A stretch of DNA of 53,128 bases, the filler included, from Squatina squatina (taxonomy: Eukaryota), in assembly GCA_031763465.1 (NCBI GenBank). It is 2 parts of 2 records of this genome, joined end to end, with 100 filler letters (N's around TTAATTAATTAA, not from the genome) between each part and the next. Parts side by side here need not be neighbours in the genome. Positions count along the whole stretch, not along the records: positions 1 to 29,679 come from JARFOE010000058.1; 1 more part is not named here. One strand, 5' to 3'. Below, piece after piece: positions 1-9,355 of this stretch. Every line of letters starts with the position of its first letter. The first letter of the stretch is position 1. The position numbers and the translations under genes are program-made. The notes beneath the pieces are model-generated. The model saw nothing but the letters and a program-made list of their open reading frames with translations, was not told the DNA's origin and did no database searches.

Positions 1-76
1 ATTGGCTTTAAAGTGCTTTGGGACGTCTGGTGGTCATGAAAGGCGCTATATAAATGCAAGTCTTTCCTTTTCTCTT
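1..76 (+). mobile_element. SacSINE1-like Deu-SINE, 3' tail
   Basis: aaagtgctttgggacgtc...gaaaggcgctatataaatgcaagtctttc, the same tail as the copies at 4001, 6545 and 24501. Confidence 0.8.
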
Positions 77-1221
77 TGTGGGTTTTACATCCCCTTCTAA
101 CAACCTTCACGTAATTCCAAGACAAAGGCAATTTTACTTTAATGAGAATTTTTTTTTAAATTATTATCTTTGCTTCTGAGCTAATTTTAAAAAAATATGG
201 AGGAAAAGTGACAAATGAAGAGAAAGCTGGCCATCCATCTTTACTGGACAGCTAGTGATTTAGAATGCAAATAGGAGCCATCGTTCTTGTCAACTGCATG
301 CCAAAACATGAATGCACTGCCCACAGTTAATTAATATTCGGAAACTAATCAGCCCACCGCTGCTGTGGCAATGCTTCCTTTAATTCCACCCTGCATGGGA
401 ATTACTAGTAAATTAATTTGCTCTCCCATTCAAATTACCTCAAATTCAAAATCTAGCTATCTGACCTTGCAGAAAGCACCTGTGATGGGTGCTTATTTAT
501 AAGGGCTTCCTGCCTCAGGCTTTTTTATTATTATTAAAAGATAGCCTCCTCAAAAGAAGAAGAAGAAAATAATAATCGTGTACCATTCTTATTGTAAAGC
601 CTGGCTTTAAAGTTACTACTCACGTGAGAAAGATGTTTCAAAAATCTTCATCCCGAATAAAGCTGGAGTCATGATAAATGGCCCTGTGTTTGGTTTTGAC
701 TTTTGAAGAAAATTGTACAACACGGGGTAATGAATTAAGTCGATTCCAAGGCTTGTGGCAACGTAAATACCAACAGGAAATGTCGTTTCTTTATTTAAAA
801 CCTTGCCCTGGGAACACGTCCTTTAAATCTAGCTTTGCTTCGGGTGCTGGATCTCATGGAAACAATCACAAAGTGTAACCTTTCAAAGCAAAATCAATCA
901 ATGATCATTTCTGTTTACGTATCAACTAAGTGGCAAAATTGGCTGTCATTGCAAAAAGAAAATTGCGTTCCAACCCCTGCATTGTCAGCTTAGCAAGTTT
1001 ATATTTCGCCAATATATTTTCTGTACTTGAAACATTTAATAGTTTATTGCCCTGTTCCTATTTTCCAGCAAGCGAACATTTTCTCTCATGTTATTATATT
1101 TACCATACAACGTTCTGGATAATTCCTTTTTCTTTCCAATTTTCTCTCCTCCTAAGGCACTGGGTTCCATAGGTCCTCCACTACTGTACTCAAATGGTGG
1201 TTCTTTAGCAGCGAGGATAGA

Positions 1222-1311
1222 CCAGGGGTTAAATATGAGGGCAGGTTGCATAGATGAGGCTTGTATTCCCTCGAGTATCGAAGAGTAAGGGGTGATCTAA
1301 TTGAGGTGTTT
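1222..1311 (+). mobile_element. CR1 LINE ORF2 C-terminal fragment
   Basis: Translates as YEGRLHR*GLYSLEYRRVRGDLIEVF, a typical CR1 motif. Confidence 0.75.
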
Positions 1312-1857
1312 AACAACAACTTGTATTTATATAGCACCTTTAATGTAGTAAAACATCCCAAGGTGCTTCACAGGAGTGTTATAAGACAAAGGTTTGACAC
1401 CGAGCCACATTAGAAGAAATTACGGCAGATGACCAAAAGTTTGGTCAGAGAGATAGGTTTTAAGGAGCGTCTTAAAGGGGGAAAAAGAGGTGGAGAGACG
1501 GAGGGGTTTAGGCAGGGAATTCCAGACCTTCGGGCCTGGGCAGCTGAAGGCACGGCCACCAATGGTTGAGCGATTATAATCAGGGATGCTCAGGAGGCCA
1601 GAATTAGAGGAGCGCAGATATCTCAGAGGGTTTTGGGGCCAGAGGAGATTACAGAGATAGGGAGGGGCGAGGCCATGGAGGAATTTGTAAACAAGGATGA
1701 GAATTTTGAAATTGAGGCGTGGCTTAACTGGGAGCCAATGTTGGTCAGCGAGCACAGGGGTGATGGGTGAGCGGGACTTGGTGCGAGATTTGTTTGACTT
1801 CAAGTTTATGGAGGGCAGAAAACGGGAGGCCGGCCAGGAGTGAGATGGAATAGTCAA
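1312..1857 (-). mobile_element. L2-clade LINE 3' end (ORF2 C-terminus, 3' UTR and (GTT)n tail)
   Basis: ORF 1420-1857 contains SPITPVLADQHWLPV...KILILVYK.LHGLAPPYL...GGRAFS...WNSLP...FKTLLKTYL; tail gctatataaatacaagttgttgtt. Confidence 0.88.
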
Positions 1858-1917
1858 ATCATAGATTTTACCCTTCTAAACTTGGGTTGTGCCTACAGAG
1901 AACACCTTAAACTATAT

Positions 1918-2010
1918 AACATAGAATGACATGGAATTTACAGCGCAACAGGCCATTCAGCCCACTTGGTCTATGCCAGCGTTTATACTCCATCAAGCCA
2001 CCTCCCAGCA
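1918..2010 (-). mobile_element. CR1-type 3' tail remnant
   Basis: catagaat...acagcgcaacaggccattcagccc is the reverse complement of a CR1/HE1-type tail. Confidence 0.55.
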
Positions 2011-2044
2011 ATATCTGCTCACAATCTGACCCCATATCCATCTA

Positions 2045-2205
2045 CACTGGGATCCCGCTATAGCATGGGACTCTGTTTAACACTGGTCCATCATGGATCG
2101 CATTTAAACCAGCACTTTAAAAGGACCTTGCTATAACATGATATCAGCTATATCACGGTCCCGCGATATGGACCCTGCAGACCGTGTTATTGTGGGGTCC
2201 CAATG
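2045..2205. mobile_element. Tc1/mariner (Tigger/pogo-like) MITE, about 160 bp
   Basis: Left end TA|cactgggatcccgctatagcatgg versus reverse complement of right end cattgggaccccacaataacacgg (imperfect 24-bp TIR). Left flank TA; right flank TT (decayed). Confidence 0.6.
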
Positions 2206-2502
2206 TTGTTTCCCTTCTTGTAAGCATCAAACCTTCTCTTCACTGCCAATCCTGTCTTAATTCCAGGCATGTTCCCACTATCTTGATTACCGCTAGTTAA
2301 ACCCACCACTGCTGGTGGAATCGATTTGTAGTGATGCATGAAAAGCACCGCACAAGATGAACTTTGCACAACTTGAAAGGAAAACAGCACTGAAGCAATA
2401 GCCTAATTGCATACTAGATGTTAAGCAAGCCGAGCCACAAAGTCTTGTGTGAGATATCTTCTCTTGCAAAACCCAACACCAATCTCCTCCCGATACAAAT
2501 GG

Positions 2503-2709
2503 AAGAATGGATCGACTAGGCTTGTATTCACTGGAATTTAGAAGAATGAGAGGGGATTTTATAGAAACATAAAATTCTTAAGGGATTGGATAGGCTAGAT
2601 GCAGGAAGATTGTGCCCGATGTTGGGGAAGTGCAGAACCAGGAGTCACAGTTTGAGGATAAGGGGGAAGCCATTTAGGACCGAGATGAGGAAAAACTTTT
2701 TCACCCAGA
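2503..2709 (+). mobile_element. CR1 (HER1-like) LINE ORF2 C-terminal fragment
   Basis: RLGLYSLEFRRMRGD.IET...LDRLDAGRL.PMLG..RTRSHSLRIRGKPFRTEMRKNFFTQ; runs into a gap. Confidence 0.88.
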
Positions 2710-2809
2710 NNNNNNNNNNNNNNNNNNNNNNNNNNNNNNNNNNNNNNNNNNNNNNNNNNNNNNNNNNNNNNNNNNNNNNNNNNNNNNNNNNNNNNNNNNN
2801 NNNNNNNNN

Positions 2810-2945
2810 GCCTCTGTGGAGCGAGAAACAGAGTTAACGTTTCAGGTCGATAACTGACTTCCTGACGAAAGGTCATCGACCTGAAACATTTCTGTTTCCA
2901 CCTCCACAGATGCTGAGTATTTCCAGCATTTTCTGCTTTTATTTC
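2810..2945. mobile_element. Penelope-like pLTR-derived inverted repeat with hammerhead-like core
   Basis: Arms 2813-2851 and 2875-2910 are reverse complements. CTGACGA at 2862-2868, stem aggtc/gacct, GAAAC at 2883-2887. Tail gagtatttccagcattttctg is typical of fish/shark Penelope ends (recalled). Confidence 0.7.
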
Positions 2946-4000
2946 TCTCGTTACTCTCTGCGCAGGCTGGGGGACTGGCTGTATATTTTCTGCATCTTCA
3001 TTTCTTCCATTTCCGATTTAGAAACATTGCCAATTAAGTCTTGTCTGTCATGGGCAGGAGTCTTTTGGCCGAAACACACAATCAAGGTTCTGTTTCAAGC
3101 AGATCTCATTAGCTGCATAACCCACGCTAGGTTTGCAGGATAGAGGAAAAGTGCTCGCCTCTGCCAGCCTGAATTCTTGCAGTCGGTCCCTGTTCCAAGT
3201 TTCCTAGCAACTGTCGTCAAGCAGGAGATAGAAATTCCAACTGATGCTTACACAGGCATTGAACCCTCCCAGGTTTAGAAGTGGCCAATTCAAGCTAAGT
3301 TCAAAGAAAAAAATTGCAACATTCTGTTAAGCAACTGCATTGAAAGATATAACCAAACTTTTAAATTCTAATTTAAATGCATCTTTTGCACAAGTAGAAT
3401 GCTCGTTATAAACACATTGCAGAATTTCTTCATCAGTTTTTGATTTTGGAAAACTGAGAGAATCCACATCGGATGTTGCTGAAGTGCCTCAGGAGACAAT
3501 GAGTATGTACAAAACTTGCCCAAAAACCCACAACGCATGCAATATCCATCTGGTTTTGGAAAAGAAAAACACTAACTGTAAATCTAAGGCAGGAACAGGT
3601 GCTCTTTTAGTTCTTTGAACATTAGTGTTCCAGTTTTATGACGATTCTGAGAAACGAATGCTGGTGGAAGCCAGGCATAGGAACCATCCAATCATTGAAA
3701 AACTTAAAGGTGGTATTGTTTTCAGAAAAGTGCAGTCTAACGTGTGTGCACATTGCACATACTTTCTCACTGCAGAGGCATTTCTAAGGTGGATATAACT
3801 CCTGAGACTCCCAAATAATGGCCAGCAGACGCTACTTAATTCTATGTCACATATCAATGCATTGCATAAAACAAGTAAATTGCCCTCACCCCTCCTAACC
3901 TTCAGTGGCACCGCCATTGCCTCACCACCAACATCTTGGCGTCCCGTGCTGACCACAAGTCATATCAGCACCCATGGCTACAGTGGTGGAGCAGAGACTG

Positions 4001-4221
4001 TGCCCTGGCCAATATTCATCCCTCAACCTACACTACTAAAACAGATTTTCTGGTCGTTTATCTCCTTGCTGTTTGTGGGAGCTTGCTGTGCAAAAACTGG
4101 CTGCCGTGTTTCCTACATTACACAGTGACTACGCTTCAAAATGCTTCATTGGCTGTAAAGCACTTTGGGACGTCCTGAGATCATGAAAAGTGCTATAGGA
4201 ATGCAAGTTTCTCTTTCTTGC
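4001..4221 (+). mobile_element. SacSINE1-like Deu-SINE, 3' half
   Basis: cctggccaatattcatccctcaacc...gctgtttgtgggagcttgctgtg...gtaaagcactttgggacgtcctgag...atgcaagtt; aligns with 24501-24892. Confidence 0.82.
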
Positions 4222-4404
4222 TTTAAGTGGCTCCCTTCCTGAGCCCTCCAAAATTCTCTACACCATCTAATTCTGGCATTCAATGGAACACTCATTGCTC
4301 ACTTNNNNNNNNNNNNNNNNNNNNNNNNNNNNNNNNNNNNNNNNNNNNNNNNNNNNNNNNNNNNNNNNNNNNNNNNNNNNNNNNNNNNNNNNNNNNNNNN
4401 NNNN

Positions 4405-4870
4405 CCATTGTCTTAAGTCCCCACCACCAACTCCATCGCTCTCCCTGGTCACTGTCTGAGGCTGAACCAGACTCTTTGCCAGATTGCCGTCCTATTTGAC
4501 CTTGATGAGCTTTCGGCCAAGTATACGTTCCTCCACTTCTACCTCCGTAACAACATCGCCTGGCTCCATCCCTGCATCAGCTCATCTGCTGAAATCCTCA
4601 CCCGTGCCTTTGTTACCTCTAGACTTGACTATTCTAATGGTAGTCGACTTCTCATCTTCCACCGTCATAAACTTGAGGTCACCCAAAACTTTGCCCGTGT
4701 CCTAACTTGCGCCAAGTCCCGTTCACCCATCACCCCTGTGCTTGCTGACATACATTAGCTCCCAGTTGCGCAATGCCTCGGTTTAAAAAAAATTCTCACC
4801 CTTTTCAAATCCCTCCCATGGCCTCACTCTCCCTATCTCTGTAACCTCCTCCAGCCCTACAACCCTCTGG
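4405..4870 (+). mobile_element. L2-clade LINE ORF2 fragment
   Basis: EILTRAFVTSRLDYSN...SPITPVLADIH*LPV...SLPWP/APPYL-like region; homologous to 1420-1857. Confidence 0.82.
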
Positions 4871-5181
4871 GAGTTCTTTTGAAGATGTAACTAGTAGAAC
4901 AGTTAAGGGGAACCAGTGGATGTAGTGTATTTGGATTTCCAGAAAACTTTTGATAAGGTCCCACACAGGAGGTTGGTGAACAAAGTTAGAGCACATGGAA
5001 TTGGGGGAAATATACTGGTATGGACTGAGAATTAGTTAACAGATCAAATAGTAGGAATAAACAGGTCTTTTTCAGGTTGGCAGGCTGACAAGTGGGGTAC
5101 CGCAAGGATCGGTGTTTGGGGCCCCGGCTATTCACAATCTGTATCGATGATTTAGATGAGGAGACCAAATGTAATATTTCC
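4871..5181 (+). mobile_element. CR1 LINE reverse-transcriptase fragment
   Basis: FEDVTSR...VDVVYLDFQKTFDKVPHRRL...GVPQGSVLGPRLFTICIDDLD, with frameshifts. Confidence 0.88.
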
Positions 5182-5281
5182 NNNNNNNNNNNNNNNNNNN
5201 NNNNNNNNNNNNNNNNNNNNNNNNNNNNNNNNNNNNNNNNNNNNNNNNNNNNNNNNNNNNNNNNNNNNNNNNNNNNNNNNN

Positions 5282-5743
5282 AAAATGCCAAGAAGCGAAG
5301 GATGATTGTTAATTTAGCCAATGTAACTAAGCCTCTGTATAAGGAGCTGTGACCTTTGACTATATGCTTGCAAAAACCTGTTTTTCTGCTAACGGTTCTC
5401 ACGACTAAGAACAGTAGTCATAGATAAGCAGAAGGGATAGGAAACTGCTGACCAGCAGATCAGCTAAAATGGGACAGAAGCTGAAATTGGAGGCTATAAA
5501 GGGAGAAGCCATCCAGAGCCGGAGCGCGCATGAAGAAGAGACACAGCAAGAAACAGAGGGAAGAACCAGGCCCCAGAGAGTGCTGGAAGATCAAGAAACT
5601 GCAGCCAAGACCTCTGCAAACCTAGCGCCTGTTGTTGAAGATCATCTTCGTGGTATTCAATTAAAACTCTCTGTCTTACTTAAGTACTGGCGTCTGCACC
5701 TCATGGGTCCTTTGGTCAAGAACCCACTTTTCAGGTTATGACA
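5282..5743 (+). mobile_element. Probable solo or 3' LTR (5' end lost in gap)
   Basis: TATAAA at 5495-5500, purine-rich R-like region, ATTAAA at 5660-5665, terminal ...ggttatgaCA at 5743 (alternative CA end at 5733). No TGG-type PBS follows. Confidence 0.5.
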
Positions 5744-6544
5744 ATAACACCGAATGGAAAACTCATCCCTCTTGTGTTTTGATCCAAAAGTGGTCGACAT
5801 TTACACAACTGCAAGCAGGTGATTCTGCAGGATGGTTTGTTGTGTGCAATCGAAACCAAACTTTTACAGCGTGGCTCAAATTCATGTCACGGCATAAAAA
5901 ACTTTGATGTCAACCATTTGACTCATGGTTGTGATTAATGGGGTAGACTTAGTGGTGGGGCTCCAAGGAGCTATTTACACTGTCTCCTTTGCAGACTAAG
6001 GTAAGCCATCTCCATGCTTTCTGAATGGAATCATTAATCAGGTGCCATTTCCGTGATAAAAAGGAGACTGATAGAACAATAATAGTGCTCTCAAGCTAGT
6101 ATGTCCATGACAACAGAAACAGGCATTTCCTCAAAAAGATTCCTCAAAAATAACCCCTTTAGGTTTCTCAATGCACTACACAGAAGGCCTACAGTTAAAA
6201 GCTAGTTTTTGGGTAATAAAGAGACTATTTTATGTCTTTATTATGTAGAATGATTCCTTCTAAAAATGGAGCTTAACATAGNNNNNNNNNNNNNNNNNNN
6301 NNNNNNNNNNNNNNNNNNNNNNNNNNNNNNNNNNNNNNNNNNNNNNNNNNNNNNNNNNNNNNNNNNNNNNNNNNNNNNNNNCAGGCAGGGTCAGAGCATG
6401 GACTCGTTGTGAACAGTGCCACAGGGAGATATACCAGTACGCTTTATGTAGGGCCTGTTCCCATTGCCCCACTGAATCCCTTGGAAACATGAATCATGTA
6501 ATTATACCTCTGTAGCTACATTTTCTCCATGCCTTTGCACTTTA

Positions 6545-6658
6545 TTCCTACATTACAGCACTGACTACACTTTAAAAAGTATTTCATTGACTGTAAAGTG
6601 CTTTGGGACATCCGGTGGTTGTGAAAGGCGCTGTAGGAAAGCAAGTCTTTTTCTTTTT
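6545..6658 (+). mobile_element. SacSINE1-like Deu-SINE, 3' tail
   Basis: ttcctacattacagcactgactacactt...gtaaagtgctttgggacatcc...gaaaggcgct...gcaagtcttt. Confidence 0.8.
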
Positions 6659-6887
6659 AACTATATTGTATTTGCGTGATTTTGAAGAATGCTCCATCTT
6701 TACATTAGCGTCAAGGTATTTTACATCGATTCAAGCAGCGGTCAGTTAAAGTTCAACTGCCTTCCAGGTATTTTAGCCTATTCTCTACCTGCATGCTAGA
6801 GTCAATCTTTTTTGAACAGCAGCTTGTTAAAGTCATAACATAATACAACGCAGACTTTCATATGTGTCAAAATGTTTACAAATTTCC

Positions 6888-6893
6888 CCTTAC
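6888..6893 (-). promoter_or_regulatory. 5' splice donor GTAAGG
   Basis: AG|GTAAGG immediately after the YTCVL-R codons. Confidence 0.88.
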
Positions 6894-7173
6894 CTTAATA
6901 CACAGGTGTAGAATCCATTGTCTTGCAACTCTGCTGAATGGAACCAAATTGAATCCTCCTCTTTGCTTATTCTGCGTCCAGCAAATATAATTGGTTCTTC
7001 CGAGTCTCCTTGTCCATTATTTTTATACCACATGAGGCTGAGTCCTGAATTCTGTGCCATGCTGTAGTTAGTCCTGATGTATCCGTAGAACAGTGCACAT
7101 TTCACACGCACAGGCTCACCTGCCAGCACCATGTATTTTTTCAGATCCACTGACCAGTCAATGCAAACGTCAA
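6894..7173 (-). CDS. IL1RAPL2: Internal coding exon (exon-3 equivalent, Ig1 domain) of interleukin-1 receptor accessory protein-like 2; 280 nt, phase 1 start, phase 2 end
   Basis: Translation (V)[92 protein letters not shown](R) matches the IL1RAPL1/2 Ig1 domain as I recall it. [20 protein letters not shown] and GFYTCVLR favour IL1RAPL2. Acceptor ccttgcag|TTGAC at 7174/7173, donor TTAAG|gtaagg at 6894/6893. The first 12 residues of ORF 6890-7210 are intronic polypyrimidine tract. Confidence 0.93.
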
Positions 7174-7216
7174 CTGCAAGGAAGGAATAAAAATTCAAAG
7201 AAAAATGCATTAGTCA
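7174..7216 (-). promoter_or_regulatory. 3' splice site: branch point, polypyrimidine tract and AG
   Basis: Minus strand reads tgaCTAATgcatttttctttgaatttttattccttccttgcag, with the branch-point-like CTAAT at 7213-7209. Confidence 0.85.
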
Positions 7217-7297
7217 CTGAAATTTTTTTGTCCATCAACTGTGCTCAACAAGTGACCAAATCAAAATGGTGAGCGACTGAGATTAAACTTTTACAAA

Positions 7298-7589
7298 TCT
7301 CCTTGACATTCAACAGCATTACTGTTGACAAATCCCCCACCATAACATCCTGCGGGTCACCATTGACCACAAACTTAACTGAACCAGCCTCATAAACACT
7401 GTGGCAACAAGAGGCTGGGTATTCTGTGGAGAGTATCTCACCTCCTGACTCTCCGAAGCCTTTCCACCATCTGCGAGTCACAAGTCAGGAGTGTGATGGA
7501 CTACTCACCACTTGCCTGGATGAATGCAGCTCCAACAACACTCAAGAAGCTCAACACCATCCAGGACAAAGCAGCCCGTTTGATTGGCA
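7298..7589 (+). mobile_element. CR1-group (Zenon-like) LINE ORF2 fragment
   Basis: VTIDHKLN*...VMDYSPLAWMNAAPTTLKKLNTIQDKAARLIG; homologous to 43225-43719. Confidence 0.75.
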
Positions 7590-7689
7590 NNNNNNNNNNN
7601 NNNNNNNNNNNNNNNNNNNNNNNNNNNNNNNNNNNNNNNNNNNNNNNNNNNNNNNNNNNNNNNNNNNNNNNNNNNNNNNNNNNNNNNNN

Positions 7690-7840
7690 TTTTAAAGAGC
7701 TCTCCAACTTGTTCCATTCCTCTGCTCTTTGCCCATAGCCCTGCGATTTTCTCCCCTTCAAGTATTTATCCAATTCCCTTTTGAAAGTTACTATTGAATC
7801 TGCTTCCACCGCCTGTTCAGACAGTGCATTGCAGATCACA
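7690..7840 (-). mobile_element. CR1 LINE 3' end fragment
   Basis: ICNALSEQAVEADSIVTFKRELDKYLKG..QGYG. Confidence 0.8.
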
Positions 7841-9302
7841 ACTTGTGTAAAAGAGAAAGATTACTGGTTTCAAAAGAGTAACTTGTACATCCTCGGCTTT
7901 TTCAAGCACTGGGCCCAATTCCAACGCTCAATGAATACTTATACAGAACCCATTATATCAGCTTTGAGGAAGGAGTGGACTGCTGTGATTCCAACTGTCA
8001 CTACTCTTTCCAGCTGCCAAGGCGAGAGTTGAGGTCAGGCAGGAAGTGTTGTCTATATGGATGCAGTGAGTCATGGGATTTGGTCTTTAAATGGATCTCA
8101 CAAAGTGATACAGATACAAACAGATGGACAGGCCACTGTGCCTCAGCTGGAACTTTCCCTGTTGTTTGCACTGCTGTGCTTTTCAGTCAATTTAAATGTC
8201 TCTTCGGCAGCCAAACTTCGCACCTGATGTATCTGTGCTCATAGACCTCCTGCCTCACAAATTACATTTGCGAGTGTTACTTGAGACAATAGATTAAGGT
8301 AATGGTGATAATTACTGCATGAGATTCTCAGGAGGAGTAAAATAAATGAAATTAATTTGTGTACTAAATACCTCACAAGCTTTTCATTTCTATCTCATTG
8401 AACAGGTACCTGGACAGAGATTTTCACAGTTCGGGTTCCTGTTCTAGAGATTGATGTAGTACGTGGCAAACGGGCTGAGGCAAATTACAGCCCAGTCTTT
8501 TATGTTAGTTTATCTGATCTGGAAAAGTTAGATAAGGCTACAATTTTTATCATACTTGTGGTTGTACAAGTGCAGCCATTTTGAATGATATGCCTTTCTG
8601 GTCCTATCATCTGAGCAGGCCTGGGGGCAGGGCCGAAATNNNNNNNNNNNNNNNNNNNNNNNNNNNNNNNNNNNNNNNNNNNNNNNNNNNNNNNNNNNNN
8701 NNNNNNNNNNNNNNNNNNNNNNNNNNNNNNNNNNNNNNNATGGACTGTGGAACTGAATGTTAAATTAGTCTTTTGAAAAAGAGCATGACAGGCAAGTCAA
8801 AATACATTTTTAATCAGTGAGACAGAAAGAAGAGAGCTTTAAATTCTCAGCCAGTACAGTTGGAAGCAGGGAGTTCAGGTCTTATGCTGAGCATAACAAA
8901 AAAAAATGCAGAATGATTATTCTTATTCCAAACATGCTCGACTAAAATCCACCAACGGACTTTACTTTTCTGCTGAATAACACACTTTTATAAGTGAAAG
9001 GTAAAATTCTGACAGCAGGTAACATCACTGCAGACATTTGTAAGAATACTTATTTAGCAAATTCCTTGAGTCCAGTGTAAAAGGTTGAAATGAATTTTTG
9101 ATTATTCCAGCTAAAAAGATACATTGAGCTGTCCGTGAAGTTTCCAAATTCATCATACCAAGCACCAAAAGCATGGCAATCTCTGCATAGGAGTCCTGGT
9201 AAAGATTAAAATTAGAACTAAGCAAGTACTGTGCGATAACTGAGATGGTGCCAGAATGCACTGTAGTGAGACTCCATTGGCATACAAATGACAGACTGAT
9301 AT

Positions 9303-9355
9303 GGCCCCGATTTTAACTCCAGGTGCATTCCCCGCTCAGGCCTGAGTTAAAATTA
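9303..9355. mobile_element. Very short MITE-like hairpin
   Basis: ggccccgATTTTAACTC (9310-9319) ... GAGTTAAAAT (9344-9353); the same terminus recurs at 37225-37238. Confidence 0.5.

Noticed and set aside
1420-1857. 145-aa ORF as a host gene
   Set aside because: L2 LINE ORF2 C-terminus, with other decayed copies in the window.
5469-5741. 90-aa E/Q-rich ORF
   Set aside because: Lies in the purine-rich part of the LTR-like sequence; no recognisable domain.
5731-5745. ca|GGTTATG as a Copia-type primer binding site
   Set aside because: Only 7 nt match GGTTATGGGCCC and no internal region follows.
7174-7210. ATG-initiated N-terminus [12 protein letters not shown] of ORF 6890-7210 as a signal peptide or single-exon gene
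   Set aside because: It is the intron's polypyrimidine tract. Homology starts at the AG acceptor and the stop codon is part of the GTAAG donor.
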